A DNA stretch of 64,000 nucleotides from Octopus sinensis (Eukaryota), in NCBI RefSeq assembly GCF_006345805.1, contig NC_042999.1, forward strand, positions 21,948,001 to 22,012,000, written 5' to 3'. A program made the position numbers and the translations under genes. The notes beneath the pieces were generated by a model. It searched no databases, was not told where the DNA came from, and was given only the letters and a program-made list of their open reading frames with translations. Shown one piece after another: positions 12,875 to 25,429 of this stretch (position 1 is its first letter; each line of letters begins with the position of its first letter).

Positions 12875-13260
12875 GGAGGCGTAATGGCCCAGTGGTTAGG
12901 GCAGCGGACTCGCGGTCATAGGATCGCGGTTTCGATTCCCAGACCGGGCGTTGTGAGTGTTTATTGAGCGAAAACACATAAAAAAGTTCCACGAGGCTCC
13001 GGCAGGGGATGGTGGTGATCCCTGCTGTACTCTTTCACCACAACTTTCTCTTACTTCCTGTTTCTGTTGTACCTGTATTTCAAGGGGCCGGCCTTGTCAC
13101 TCTCCGTGTCACGCTGAATATCCCCGAGAACTACGTTAAGGGTGCACGTGTCTGTGGAGTGCTCAGCCACTTACACGTTAATTTCACGAGCAGGCTGTTC
13201 CGTTGATTCGGATCAACCGGAACCCTCATCGTCGTAACCGACGGAGTGCTTCCATCCATC
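12875..13260 (+). mobile_element. tRNA-derived SINE family C, tail type ii
   Basis: Head ggaggcgtaatggcccagtggttagggcagcggactcgcgg; TSD atttgattga. Confidence 0.85.
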
Positions 13261-13375
13261 ATTTGATTGAATAAGCGGATGGAATGACAGAAACACTCTT
13301 GCGTTCTGGTTCGTTATTCCCTTAGTTCAAATTCAAACTAAGTCACCTTCGTCTTTCATCATTTCGTAGTAGATA

Positions 13376-13690
13376 TCAGGTCATTAAGAATGAAACGTCC
13401 GATTTTGAACTGAAAGTTTATTTTATTTCATCTCAATCAAAGTATGTACCTAAATCATCAACACAACTTTGCCATTTTATCGGTGGCATATTTATGCCGA
13501 TAGCGAAGAATTCTGGAGAGCAAGAAGGGATGAAATCACGAGAGGTTGTTTTTGCATCTTCTTCAGATATGAAGTTTTTTCCTTGCATAAAGTTATCTAA
13601 TGCCTGGAAAAGGTGATATAAACCCCTTTTGAATGCGTCCACCACAAATGACACTATTACCCGGGCCTTAGAATAATACCCAAGCAAATA
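13376..13690 (-). mobile_element. mariner transposase C-terminus plus right TIR
   Basis: YHLFQALDNFMQGKNFISEEDAK...PEFFAIGINMPPIKWQSCVDDLGTYFD matches the mariner C-terminus. The terminus tcaggtcattaagaatgaaacgtcc is preceded by TA at 13374-75. Confidence 0.8.
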
Positions 13691-13865
13691 TTTAAAACGA
13701 TATATTCAGAACAGTCACTTCACAGGAATTTATTCAGAACTATTTCAATCACTACTATTACAACCACAGGTCACTTTTAGCTCACTTGACCATTTAAGAG
13801 GATTCCAAACATCCTACTACTGTCATACCACTACCGCATTTTTATTATTCTTTCTCTTCTGTTCC

Positions 13866-13897
<32 letters not shown>

Positions 13898-13955
13898 CTT
13901 CTTCTTCTTCTTCTTCTTCTTCTTCTTCTTCTTCTTCTTCTTCTTCTTCTTCTTC
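13866..13955. repeat. (CTT)n microsatellite
   Basis: Seen directly. Confidence 0.95.
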
Positions 13956-14212
13956 GCTGCCTCCTTCCTCAGCTACTACTGCTGCTTAAACAATCAAAAC
14001 CAAGAACTAATATATCAAATATTAAGACTGCTACCTGCTACCAAGCCCGCACAAGAGTAAAACAGAGAGACAAACAGACAGATAAAAGGAAAATGTCCCT
14101 TGCATTTGAAAACTTTTGAAATATTTTTAAAAAGCATTTCATTTAATTTTCCCGCAATTTAATTGTTTCTTCTGCGAAAAAGAGACAAAGACTGAAACCG
14201 GTATTATTTTCC

Positions 14213-14268
<56 letters not shown>

Positions 14269-14492
14269 GTGTATATATGTTTGTGCGCGTGTGTATGTTT
14301 CTGTGTGTGAGCATGTGAGCTTCTGTATGTGTATATGTATATATATGCTTTTCAACCGCATATATATATAGATATATGTATGTGTATGTGTATATATATA
14401 TATATATAAACATATATATATATATATACATATATATATTATATATATTTATTTATATATATATTATATATATATATTTATATATAAACAGT

Positions 14493-14794
14493 GGAGGCAC
14501 AATGGCCTAGTGGTTACGGCAACGGACTCGCGGCCGTAGGATCGCGGTTTCGATTCCCAGACCGGGTGTTGCGTGTGTTTATTGAGCGAAAACACATAAA
14601 AGCTCCACGAGGCTCCGGCAGGGGGTGGTGATCCCTACTGTACTCTTTCACCACTCTTTCTCTCTCTCTTTCTTCTGTTGGCCTGCTCGCTTAGCCTGTG
14701 AGGTGGCGTCATTCGAAGGCTAAAACAATGCGAACGCATTGTGACCAGCGGTGTGTAAAACATCTGATGGTCTGGTCGGTCACGCGATCACGTG
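14493..14794 (+). mobile_element. SINE family C, tail type i
   Basis: TSD atataaacagt. Confidence 0.85.
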
Positions 14795-14968
14795 ATATAA
14801 ACAGTAGGACAATTATGATTGTCAGTAAATGTGACTAAGGTGTTAAGAAACCATTACATTGCTACAAATAAGAGCTAAAATGATCTAATGCTGTAGTTAA
14901 AGCACGTGAAGGAAAACATAAAAAACTAATAGGGACCTGAATGGTCCGAAAAATGCCGACTGAGTATT

Positions 14969-15017
14969 CTTAATACTGATATCAGTTTCGGTAATTTCCG
15001 TTGCCTCATCAGTTAAG
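14969..15017 (-). ncRNA. Minimal type-I hammerhead ribozyme with intact core
   Basis: Minus strand reads CUUAA CUGAUGA GGCAA-cggaaa-UUACC GAA ACUGAUAUCAGU A UUAAG. Stem I has 5 bp, stem II 4/5 pairs, stem III is a 12-nt perfect palindrome, and the triplet is GUA. Confidence 0.75.
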
Positions 15018-15324
15018 CCCGCTCGATCTCGGCTTTATTCTGGATGATTTACTGGATGATTTAGTGATTCGCTAATGTGTACCAATAAAATTTAAATAAA
15101 CAGCAGCTTGCAATGTTTAACCAAAATGGAGAATTATAATTGTCAGTAAATATGACTAGGCTGTTAAGAAGCGCCTAAATTCTGTAGTTAACTAACGCGA
15201 ATGAAAACACACTCACACACATATATAAACAAAATCCCCCAAAAAGAAAATAAACAAACGCAATAAAACACCAATTTAGTACAAGTAAAGTATTAGCAGA
15301 CGCTCAAAGAAGGAGAGAAAGGTG

Positions 15325-15359
15325 GTTTAACATTTCGAGCAACACTCTTCTTCAGAAAC
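15325..15359 (-). ncRNA. Minimal hammerhead-like motif (ACGU-type stem III, here AUGU)
   Basis: GUUU CUGAAGA A GAGU-guu-GCUC GAA AUGU U AAAC, inside a ~150-bp repeat related to the copies at 36.3-36.5 kb and 59.6-59.8 kb. Confidence 0.55.
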
Positions 15360-15949
15360 AGAGGAAAGTCCAATAGAAAAGAAGACGGAGGAAGAAACTC
15401 GCCAACGATTCACATTTGGTTATATTTTGAAATGTGTGTGTGTGTGTCTGTGTGAGTGTTAAATTTAACTTAAGTTGAATGTCAACAAACCATGTTTGTT
15501 TTAGAAGCATTGAGATGTTTTGAAAGATACGGATAAGGAAATGATATTTATTCTCAAACGCAGGATAATGCTAATAATATAGCATGAACAGGATAAAATA
15601 TCCATATTTTGACAGATGATAGCCGTCCCATCAACACACACACCACATCCTATTACACAGCACAATCACTGCGTTGAGGAGACCTTAGATGACTCTTAAG
15701 ACCAGCTGCTGACTAACAGGTTTAAAACGCTATTTCTTGCAGACCGGGTGGACACTTAGAGACCTGCTCTTTTGTTGGCCCTTTGTTGTTGCTTAACAAA
15801 AGTTATCTTTGATTGAGTACACCTATTTCTTTACTACCCACAAGGGGCTAAACACGGAGGGGAAAAACAAGGACAGTCAAACAGATTAAGTCGATTATAT
15901 CGACCCAAGTGTGTAACTGGTACTTAATTTATCGACCCCGAAATTCAAA

Positions 15950-16545
15950 TTTTCTCTATATCTTTGCCGTTTGGAATCTGATTCTGAAGGAATGGTTTTG
16001 TGAACTAACATACATCTTTTAAGTCCAGATATTGTCTCACAAGGTTCGTGACACATGACACACGTTATAAGAAGCGGTTGATGTCCTAGATCATTACCCA
16101 TCTGGGCATTATGATTTTCATGTGACTTCATATGGTTCACGTATCTTGCTTTTGACAACAGAACACGATCATATATAATACATATCCAATATTCATTGTT
16201 GATTACAGTTCCAATTGTTCCTTTGCGACAGGCCCTTTTAAGCTCAGAGTGCTGAATCGTTTCTTCCACCCAGGTATTGCACCCAATCCTAACAGCACCT
16301 CTCCACTTGTTCCGATCAAGAACAGCATTTTCCCAATCACTTTATTTCATATCAGGTTTCTTCGGGTTTTCTTTCACACGGTCTTTATACCATTTCCTCC
16401 GTTTATGTTGTGGTCGCTTACCAGAGTTGAGCTCATCATAAGGTATCATGCTCAACGTGGTGTAAATCCGGAGAACTATAATAAATTTAAGCATGACAAA
16501 GAGTCACACAAGTTAGGACAACAGCGTAAGCATATTCTGCCTTAG
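15950..16545 (-). mobile_element. RTE-clade LINE 3' fragment with degenerate C2H2 fingers
   Basis: YDELNSGKRPQHKRRKWYKDRVKENP...DWENAVLDRNKWRGAVRIGC...HSELKRACRK...NHMKSH...CVMCHEPC, with stops. Confidence 0.8.
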
Positions 16546-16789
16546 CAACCAGGATATTATAGAGTAGAAATAATTTGTTTCATGCATAACAACTATTTGT
16601 AATTTCTGCATACGAGATACGTGTGTCTGAGTGTGTGCCAGTCAGCGAAACAAAAAGATTCAACTCGGTGAGGTTTGAGCTAAAGGCCCAGAACGTTGGA
16701 ACAAATGTAATGAGGAATCCGACACATTCAATGACTTGGCTACCTCGTGTATGGATTTATACTTTCACGCATATATAGTGAATTCCGAC

Positions 16790-17050
16790 TTCGGGATTGT
16801 GACTAGAAAGTTCCTCTCCTAAGTACAAGTCCGGGCAAGGTTGTTTATGGAAGACTAATAGTTGCGCATGCATACCAGCCTCCCCTCTCTAAGCCACCGA
16901 TGTTGGCATCAATGACAACGCAACTCATATTTACAGCTGAGTGAATTGGAGCAATCTGAAATAAAGTGTCTTGCTCAAGAACACAAAACACAGCTCGGTC
17001 CAGGAAACGAACTCACAACCTCACGATCGTGAGCTCATCAGTCTAACCAC
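16790..17050 (-). mobile_element. tRNA-derived SINE family D (CORE-like)
   Basis: tRNA-like head followed by gtgttcttgagcaagacactttatttca...ttcactcagctgtaaatatgag. Confidence 0.7.
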
Positions 17051-17498
17051 ACACTCATACACACACACACACACACACACACACATTATTATATATATGG
17101 GTGCCGATGAAGAAGCAAAAACTCCCGAACAATGACATATACGCCGATTATCCATGTTTTCATCTACGATCTCATTGTGTCTTTTAGATCTGACGTCACG
17201 GATACAAAAGTCTTAAAATCAGTACAGGCTATAATTTCTGTAGAAAATGTGTAGAGATGACCTTAAGGCGCGTTATATATATATATATATATATAACACA
17301 ACGTATATGTATATGTATTTAGAGAGATATACATACATTTATATACATATGTATGTATGTACGTAGGTATGTATATAGATGTACAGGTGGAACTGACGGC
17401 TTATAATATCGTAGTAATTCAATAATTCTGTGTTTTATGTTATACACACACATATACGTTTATACGCATATATATTTATACACACACACACACACATA

Positions 17499-17500
17499 GT

Positions 17501-17580
<80 letters not shown>

Positions 17581-17586
17581 ATAGAT
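17499..17586. repeat. (ATAG)n microsatellite
   Basis: Seen directly. Confidence 0.95.
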
Positions 17587-17649
17587 GAGTGTATGTGTGT
17601 ATATATGTGTATATATGCATGTGTATGTATGTATGTATGTGGATATGTA

Positions 17650-17684
<35 letters not shown>

Positions 17685-18483
17685 GTATGTATTTGTGTAT
17701 GTGTATTGGCAATAATCATAATCATGATCAGCACCAACAACATAAGCAAACTAATAAACAATAACTACAAACTCATCAGTAACCAAACTGCTCTAGTTGT
17801 TTCTTCTGTTGTTGTTGCTGCTGCTGCTGTTGTAGTTGTTAGTGGTGGTGTCGGTGTGGTGGTGGTGGTAGCAGCGGCGTGGTTTATGGTGTGTGAGTGT
17901 GTTATTGCTAAAAATTTGTACTTGTTTAATATTTCTCTAACGTTGCTTCTGTTATTTCAAATGTTTCTTAGCGGCTAAAAATATATAGCTAGACTTACTT
18001 CCTCTTATATTTCCAGCTTCCACTAATATTGCTGTTATTGTTGCTGTTGCTGCTGTTGTTGTTGTTGTTGTTCTTGATGAATGATGTCCATGATCATGAT
18101 GAGAAGGAGGAGTAAGGGGAGGAGAATGAGATGACTATTCTGTTGATACCGATTATATTGGAGTTTCGTCTGGTTCTGTTGCTATTTCAGTGTTATCGAT
18201 TACAAGATGTATTAGATATTTGTTGTTATAAGTCATGCGGCTTAGTTCCAGATTAGCCCCGATGGAGCAGGTAATCCAACCATGCCTAACCCGTTTTATT
18301 CTTATTTTTTCAAATTAAACATCTATGACTACATGATTCAAAATATACTTCTTTTATGATATTAGACTGTAATTCGATGTGTATTTAGCTGCTATTCTTG
18401 CAGACCGGGTGGACACTTAGAGACCTGTTCTTTTGTTGGCCCTTTGCTGTTGCTTAACAAAAGTTATCTCTGATTGAGTATAC

Positions 18484-18917
18484 CTATTTCTTTACTACCC
18501 ACAAGGGGCTAAACACGGAGAGGACAAACAAGGACAGTCAAACAGATTAAGTCGATTATATCGACCCAAGTGTGTAACTGGTACTTAATTTATCGACCCC
18601 GAAAGGATAAAAGGCAAAGTCGACTTCGGCGAAATTTTAACTCGGAACGTAACGACAGACGAAATACGGCTACGCATATCGCCCGGCGTGCTAACGTTTC
18701 TTATTTCTTTATTGCCCACAAGGGGCTAAACATAGAGGGGACAAACAAGGACAGACAAGGGATTAAATGATTACATCGACCCCAGTGCGTGACTAGTACT
18801 TAATTTATCGAACCCGAAAGGATGAAAGGCAAAGTCGACCTCGGCGGAATTTGAACTCAGAACATAACGTCTACGCATTTCGCCCGGCGTGCTAACGTTT
18901 CTGCTAGCTCGCTGCCT
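18484..18917 (-). mobile_element. SINE family A dimer
   Basis: Two copies, junction at about 18700. Confidence 0.85.
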
Positions 18918-20579
18918 TCACCTATGTTAAAATATATTCCACTCGTAACGATCAAGTTTGGGCGGTGGCGGGTGATCTAGAATTTCATAATCTTTCTTTA
19001 CTTCAGGCGATAAGAATTGATTTGGAGAAAACTTCCTTTCTTTTTGAAACAGGCTGAGTAACCACGGTGAGGTTTCAGTTTCTCGTTGAAGATACTTTTT
19101 TCTTTTTTTCTTTCTTTTTTTTTCATTCTATCACTCTTTGTCTTTTCAACATATTAATGTTCATAGTACTAAGGATCTGATAACATATACCGTTATTGTT
19201 TGAATGAAAGCTTTTATTCATATTACGCAATCTCAAAGAGACAAGGTACGTCATCTCCTCCCAAGTAAATTCGTTCTCTCTCGAGGTTACGAGGCGAAAT
19301 TAAAACCCATTTACTAAAGAAATCTAGATAGAGGTTTTCATACGAACTATTGACCTTCTTGTCAAAATTACGATAATTTATCAGTTCATGTACAGCATTT
19401 CCATTTGATTAAAGTGAAAAACTGTCCAACTTCCATTTCAAAAATAAGATTTTTCAGAACCAACATGAGTGTGTTAATATGAAGATTAGGAAATTTCTCT
19501 CTGCAATTCCGACATCATACAAATGAACTACATATAATCGCAGCTAGATCTCATTAATTCCTTTCGACAGCAGGAAAAGTCATCCGAAATGTAAGGGCAA
19601 AGTTTGGTTTTATAAAACCAATGAAAAATGAAGTTACTTCTTCTGACATGTTACGACAGAACATTTCTCTGATATTGCTAATCTGTAAATTGAAAGTCAA
19701 GCAAGCCATTACATTTTTTACACTTATATTCAAACTTCATATTCCGCTCAGCTTACCTTAAAACATCCTCTGTTATATTATAATTCACTACAGTTAAGGC
19801 TCTTGTCAGATAGTATTTATTTCTTTCCGTCTAATCACGGGGATGTCAGGATGCTAAAAGGTGTACAATGGTAATCCAAGTCCGTGATGTTCCAAATAAA
19901 AGTTACTATTAATTCCCTATCTATGCACTTACCTCTCTTTCATTCGGTAAGAGAATGACAACATAAAAGCAAATTGCGAACCACTTATATCAGCAAAATG
20001 AACTGACAGCGCATGTTCTACTTTTCAGCTAATGGCGAAGAATTTTTTTATAGACTGCTGTTACAGCTGCTGTTGCGGCTGAAATTATATCTAGAAATAT
20101 TTCAACTGTTATACTAATATCTACTCCCAATCTGAAATATGTTATTTATATTATAATGGTTAACTGTATAGTTTGGTCTCTTTAATACTCTAGTTAGTAG
20201 CATGGCGAATTTATGGCTTTCCTTTATTGATTTCTTTTGAGTAATCAGTCACAGCTGACTGCACATGTTCGAATCGATAGGGTACCAGACATCAAACCGC
20301 AAATCATATTTGTATATCTTGTTAACACCGCTGCAGTGTCCGCGAGCAAGATAAGCTAGATAGTTGATAGTTAAATTTACACAGTTCTAAAAACATATCA
20401 GTGAGTAATTATTTTCCCAAAGCAATTCTATGCAGGCGTGGGTGTGTGGTTAGAAGCATGCTTCTCAACCGCATCGCTTCGGGTTCAGTCTCATAGCGTG
20501 GCACCTTGGCCAAGTGTGTTCTACTGTAGATTTAGGCCGACCAAAGCCTTGTGAATGAATGTGGTAGACAAGTGAAAGA

Positions 20580-20636
<57 letters not shown>

Positions 20637-20994
20637 TATATGGGTACAGGACGTCATCAACAGTACAAATAACATGAAATACGTGAACAAACTAGTTAAA
20701 TACGTAAACAACGAGAAAAATAGGAAACAGGACATATAAACACAGAGAAATGACCCATGGTCACATGAGAAAATGAAAGATGGACGATGGTCACGTGTGT
20801 ACAATGATAGAGAGAAAAAAGAGAAAGAAGGCAAAGAGAGAGACAGATAGAAAACGGTGAAGAGCGAGGGGGAGAAAAAGGGAATTAGAGAAGGTTACAG
20901 GAAGAAAACAGAATAGAAAGTTGTATCAAAAAGGCGAAAATAATCTTACTCGAAAATGGATAATATATAATATACATATAAATAATAAATGAAA

Positions 20995-21388
20995 TCTTTA
21001 TATATAAAAGTGAGGTTGTGTGTCTGTCTCCTACGATTTAGATTCTTAACTACTCCCACATTTTGCGGTGCAGTTTAACCAAAACCGGGTATCTTATAGT
21101 CGTGATTCATATCGAGCCATTCTGTGTATTAGCGTGCGTCTACGATGAGTCTACGATTTAAAAAAAATTTACCATCATTTTTTCCATTTTAATGCCTTTT
21201 CTTCGCTATTAAATAAGGGAAGTAACTCTCTAAAAATGTCTACGATGAGTCAACGATTTTAAAAAAATACCATAATTTTTTTCCCATTTTTAATGCATTT
21301 TTTGGCTATTTTTTGGCTATAACTCTCTAAAAATGCTTATATAGTTATTTCCCTTACAAACCCGAGCAACGCCGGGCGATACTGCTAG
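20995..21388 (+). mobile_element. Non-autonomous Helitron
   Basis: 5' A|TCtttatatataaaag, subterminal hairpin cccgagcaacgccggg, 3' CTAG|T; A^T insertion with no TSD; internal tandem duplication. Confidence 0.8.
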
Positions 21389-21911
21389 TATGTATATATT
21401 AATTACTGTGTAATTAAATGTAATGCATCCATTTCCAAGTAAGTATATATATATGTATGCGTGTGAATGTGTATGTGTGGGCGTCTCTATGTTTGACCCC
21501 CACCCTACCACCGTTTGACAACCGATGTTGGTGTTTGCGCCCATGTTCCTTTGCAATTCGGCTAAAGAGACCGGGCTTAAAATTTTAAGTACTGGGGTCG
21601 ATTCACCAGACTAAAATTCTTCAAGGCAGTGCACCAGCATGGCCGCAGACTTAACATGCATGGGACGTTAATGCCCACTGATGAGGTGACAATACGAGAG
21701 CACCATGTCAGAACTGTCTCCAGTAATTGCTGCAATAATTAAAAATGTTATTATTTAATGAATAATTTGTTTTTAATTTCATCGATGCATGGCTATTTTC
21801 AGTTATTACTATTCAATACCGGATGTACGGATTAGCTAATCCTAATTAAACAGTGATGTTGTTAACAGTTGTAATTACGAACAGCATCAAGAAAATGGTA
21901 GGTGAAGATAT

Positions 21912-22222
21912 CCGTGATCACCGTGACCGACCAGGCCATCAGATGTTGTTACACATCGCTGGTCACAATGCGCTTCGCATTGTTTTAGCCTTCAAATGAC
22001 GCCACCCCGCTGGCTAAGCGAGCAGGCCAACAGAAGAAAGAGTGAAAGAAAGTTGTGGCGAAAGAGTACAGCAGGGATCGCCACCACCCCCTGCCGGAGC
22101 CTCGTGGAACTTTAGGTGTTTTCGTTCAATAAACACTCACATCGCCCGGTCTGGGAATGGAAATCGCGATCTTACGACCGCGAGTCCGCTGCCCTAACCA
22201 CTAGGCCATTATGCCTCCGCAA
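21912..22222 (-). mobile_element. SINE family C, tail type i
   Basis: TSD gtgaagatat. Confidence 0.85.
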
Positions 22223-22458
22223 GTGAAGATATACATTTGGTTAACTTACAGTCTTGTGGTTTACAAGCTTGCTTTTCAACGATGCGTTTTGGGGTTCTAT
22301 TCTATAGCGTAGAGTCTTAGGTAAGTGTTATATAAAGCAGCCTCCACAGTGAAAATAGGTAGATGGAAATCTGTGAAAACTCATTGGTAGAAATTTTCCT
22401 TTGTTTAATTATTTGTTTAATGAGAGAGTTAGACTTCGTCGCCAGGTTGTAACCTACC

Positions 22459-22691
22459 CATTTCTTTACTACCCACAAGGGGGTAGACACAGAGAGGATA
22501 AACAAGGACAGGCAAACGGATGAAGTCAATTATATCGCCCCCAGTGCGTAACTGGTACTTAATTTATCGACCCCGAAAGGATGAAAGGTAAAGTCGACCT
22601 CGGCGAAATTTGAACTCAGAACGTAACGGCAGACGAAATATGGCTACGCATTTTCGCCCGGCGTGCTAACGATTCTGCCACCTTGCCGCCT
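22459..22691 (-). mobile_element. SINE family A, full length
   Basis: Complete head to tail; TSD tgtaacctacc. Confidence 0.85.
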
Positions 22692-23111
22692 TCCTGGATG
22701 TAACCTACCATCTGGTTATTAGGTTTCTAATGCGTGCATTCAGTTCAGCTCTTTCCATCATCATGTAAGCTCTAAAAATCCGATCATGGTTGTAGGCCTT
22801 CCTTTCCCACCAATATCACCGTTGTGTTAACAAATACTATATGGATATATCTTTAAGCTACTTTATGTTGCCGGATACCGGTGGAGTTTGTTGCTTGCTG
22901 ATTTCTTTTGCTTCAAATAGTCATCAATAACATCTTACACAACACTGTAAATTCAAATAGATGATTGTATAAATTTCCACAGATATATTGATGCTCTTTT
23001 CCCTGGAAATCTATCACCCCTTTCTTTAGAATACTGTAGGTATACTACATAAAGACGAAGTCTTTTTCGTCTTTATGTAGAAAATCTACGTGCAAGTAAT
23101 CAGGTAATTAT

Positions 23112-23423
23112 AAAACGATAAACGTCGCTCTTTTAAAGCCTAGCCAGGCTCATGGACCCGGTTTCTGTGGCATATGTGTACCCCTCAGGTGGACGGGACG
23201 CCAGTCCATCGCAGCGTTACTCGAGAAACAGAAAAAGAGAGTGAGAGACAGTTGTGGCAAAAGAGTACAACAGGGGTCGCCACCCCCACCCGCTGCCGGA
23301 GCCTCGTAGAGCTTTTAGGTGTTTCCGCTCAATAAACACAGACAAGGCCCGGTCTGGGAATCGAAACCTCGATCCTCCAACTGCGAGTCCGCTACTCTAA
23401 CCACTGGGCCATTGCGCATCCAC
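23112..23423 (-). mobile_element. SINE family C, tail type iii (V-domain-like)
   Basis: TSD aatcaggtaattat; tail gtaacgctgcgatggactggcgtcccgtccac. Confidence 0.85.
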
Positions 23424-23874
23424 AATCAGGTAATTATGATGTATTTTATTCTGCCTGCAAGCTATATATTTAGGAAGAGATGAACTTAGCACTGATAACA
23501 AATGAATTGGCAAAAGCGCTGCTATATTTGCTGCAGTTAATGTTAATATTAATATCGCCTTGAACATCGAAATTGCACTTGAAATGGCATGCGTGTTTAC
23601 TGGATCAATATAAGAGGTCGTATTTCTTTGACAGCACAGTAGTCAATGAAAGAAAATAAATGGTAGAAACGTTAGAGCATCGTCCAACATGACCTGCTTT
23701 ATTTCTTTCGATACTTCAGGTTCTGAGTTCAAATAGCACCGCAATTTTTAAAATAATACATGTACTATTCCAGAGTCCACAAAACAAAGCAACGGTCAAA
23801 ATATTCGATTAACCCGTGCCCTCAAATCCGGTGACCTACTAAAATTATAAATCAATATTATTTATATCCTTCTA

Positions 23875-24330
23875 AGGCGGCGAACTTGCAGAATCGTTAG
23901 CACGTCGGGGGAAATGCTTAGCGATATTTCGTCTGCCGGTATTTCGATGTAATCGACTTAATCCGTTTGTCTGTAATTTTTGTCCCCTCTTTGTTTGGCC
24001 CCTTGTGGGTAGTAAAGAAATAGGTATTTCGTCTGCCGTTACGTTCTGAGTTCAAATTCCAACGAGGTCGACTTTGCCTTTCATCTTTTCGGGGTCGATA
24101 AATTAAGTACCAGTTACGCACTGGGGTCGATATAATCAACTTAATCCGTTTGTCCGTCCCTGTTTGTCCTCTCTGTGTTTAGCCCCTTGTGGGTAGTAAA
24201 GAAATATGTATTTCGTCTGTCTTTACGTTCTGCGTTCAAATTCCGCCGATGTCGACTTTGCCTTTCATCCTTTCGGGGTCGATAAATTGAGTACCAGTTG
24301 CGTACTGGCGTTGATCTAATCGACTGGCTC
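23875..24330 (+). mobile_element. SINE family A nested multimer
   Basis: Junctions aaagaaata|ggtatttcgtc (~24021) and aaagaaata|tgtatttcgtc (~24205). Confidence 0.8.
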
Positions 24331-24947
24331 CCAACAAAAAATTTCGATCCTAGCACCTAGAGCAGAAAAGATTATTTATAACCTTATATTGTATCAGTGC
24401 GAAATATCAATATTTTTATGGCAACGTGTTTGCATTTTCAAATAATCCATAATTTTAGTTTGCATCTGTAAATAGTCAATACATTTAGAATACAACTTCA
24501 GAAAACATAAGTCCATACGCTGTGATGAAAAAGCCTAGATATCATGAAGAGAATGGAGCATACACAGATAGATATATCCTTGCTGAAAATTAAGAGAAAG
24601 TATAGCAGGCATTCTTTCATTTGGGGTTACACCGATGTTTTTATTTCCTAGTAAATACGTGTCAAAGTGAGGTGGGATTTCTATATATTTACATTGTTGT
24701 ATATTTGTTATATGAATAGATAAAGTCATGTGTGTATATTTGCGTGTATCTAAAAATAGTGCGTCAAGAATAGACGTAGATATTATTCACATCTATTTGA
24801 ATGGCATAAAAAGAATCCGGTATGTAAGACCTTATTGCATATTGTATAATACGCTTAGAGTTTCTTTTGTGTAACCTTCATATTTCTATGCAAGTATTTG
24901 TTAGAGGAAATAGGAAATACATTTTTTTCTGATCCATATTTCACCAT

Positions 24948-24991
<44 letters not shown>

Positions 24992-25084
24992 CACCACATA
25001 TATATTTCATCATATACATATATATATTTCACCAGATATATAAAAATATATTTCACCATAGATATATATACTTAAAGCCTTAGG

Positions 25085-25420
25085 AACAGGTTCGAACTCT
25101 GATGTCATATATCTTGACTTCAGTAAATCGTTCGACAGGGTTGACCATAATATCCTACTCTCAAAATTGGCAAATGTTTTGAATCCGTGGAAAACTTATA
25201 CACTGGATTAAGTATTTCCTGGCGAATAGAACATATGTTGTAGTCGATTGAGTAGACTCAAGCCCAGCAAAATTCACCAGGGGAGTCCCTCAGAGAAGTG
25301 TCTTGGGACCGCTTCTCTTTATAATTTACATAAATGACCGTTCCAGCGTCGTAAATCACTGCAAAGTGAAAATATTTGCTGAAGACACTAAGCTCCAGCG
25401 AATCATCAATGAAGAAGAAA
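25085..25420 (+). mobile_element. CR1-type reverse transcriptase core fragment (degenerate)
   Basis: Manual translation gives DVIYLDFSKSFDRVDHNILLSKL...WIKYFLANR...GVPQRSVLGPLLFIIYIND...KIFAEDTKL, with frameshifts and stops. Confidence 0.85.
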
Positions 25421-25429
25421 ACCGAACTC

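Noticed and set aside
12875-12950. tRNA-like sequences with A and B boxes here and at many other sites
   Set aside because: They are SINE heads continuing into SINE bodies with TSDs; no standalone tRNA gene is supported.
17015-17045. CTGATGAG on the minus strand followed by a hairpin
   Set aside because: No downstream GAAA or stem III; it lies in a SINE tRNA head.
19740-19940. Isolated gtaag donor-like sites on the minus strand
   Set aside because: No matched acceptor with a credible open frame; such sites are expected by chance.
21675-21710. CTGATGA ggtg...cacc stem resembling half a hammerhead
   Set aside because: Followed by ATG instead of GAAA, with no stem III or cleavage triplet.
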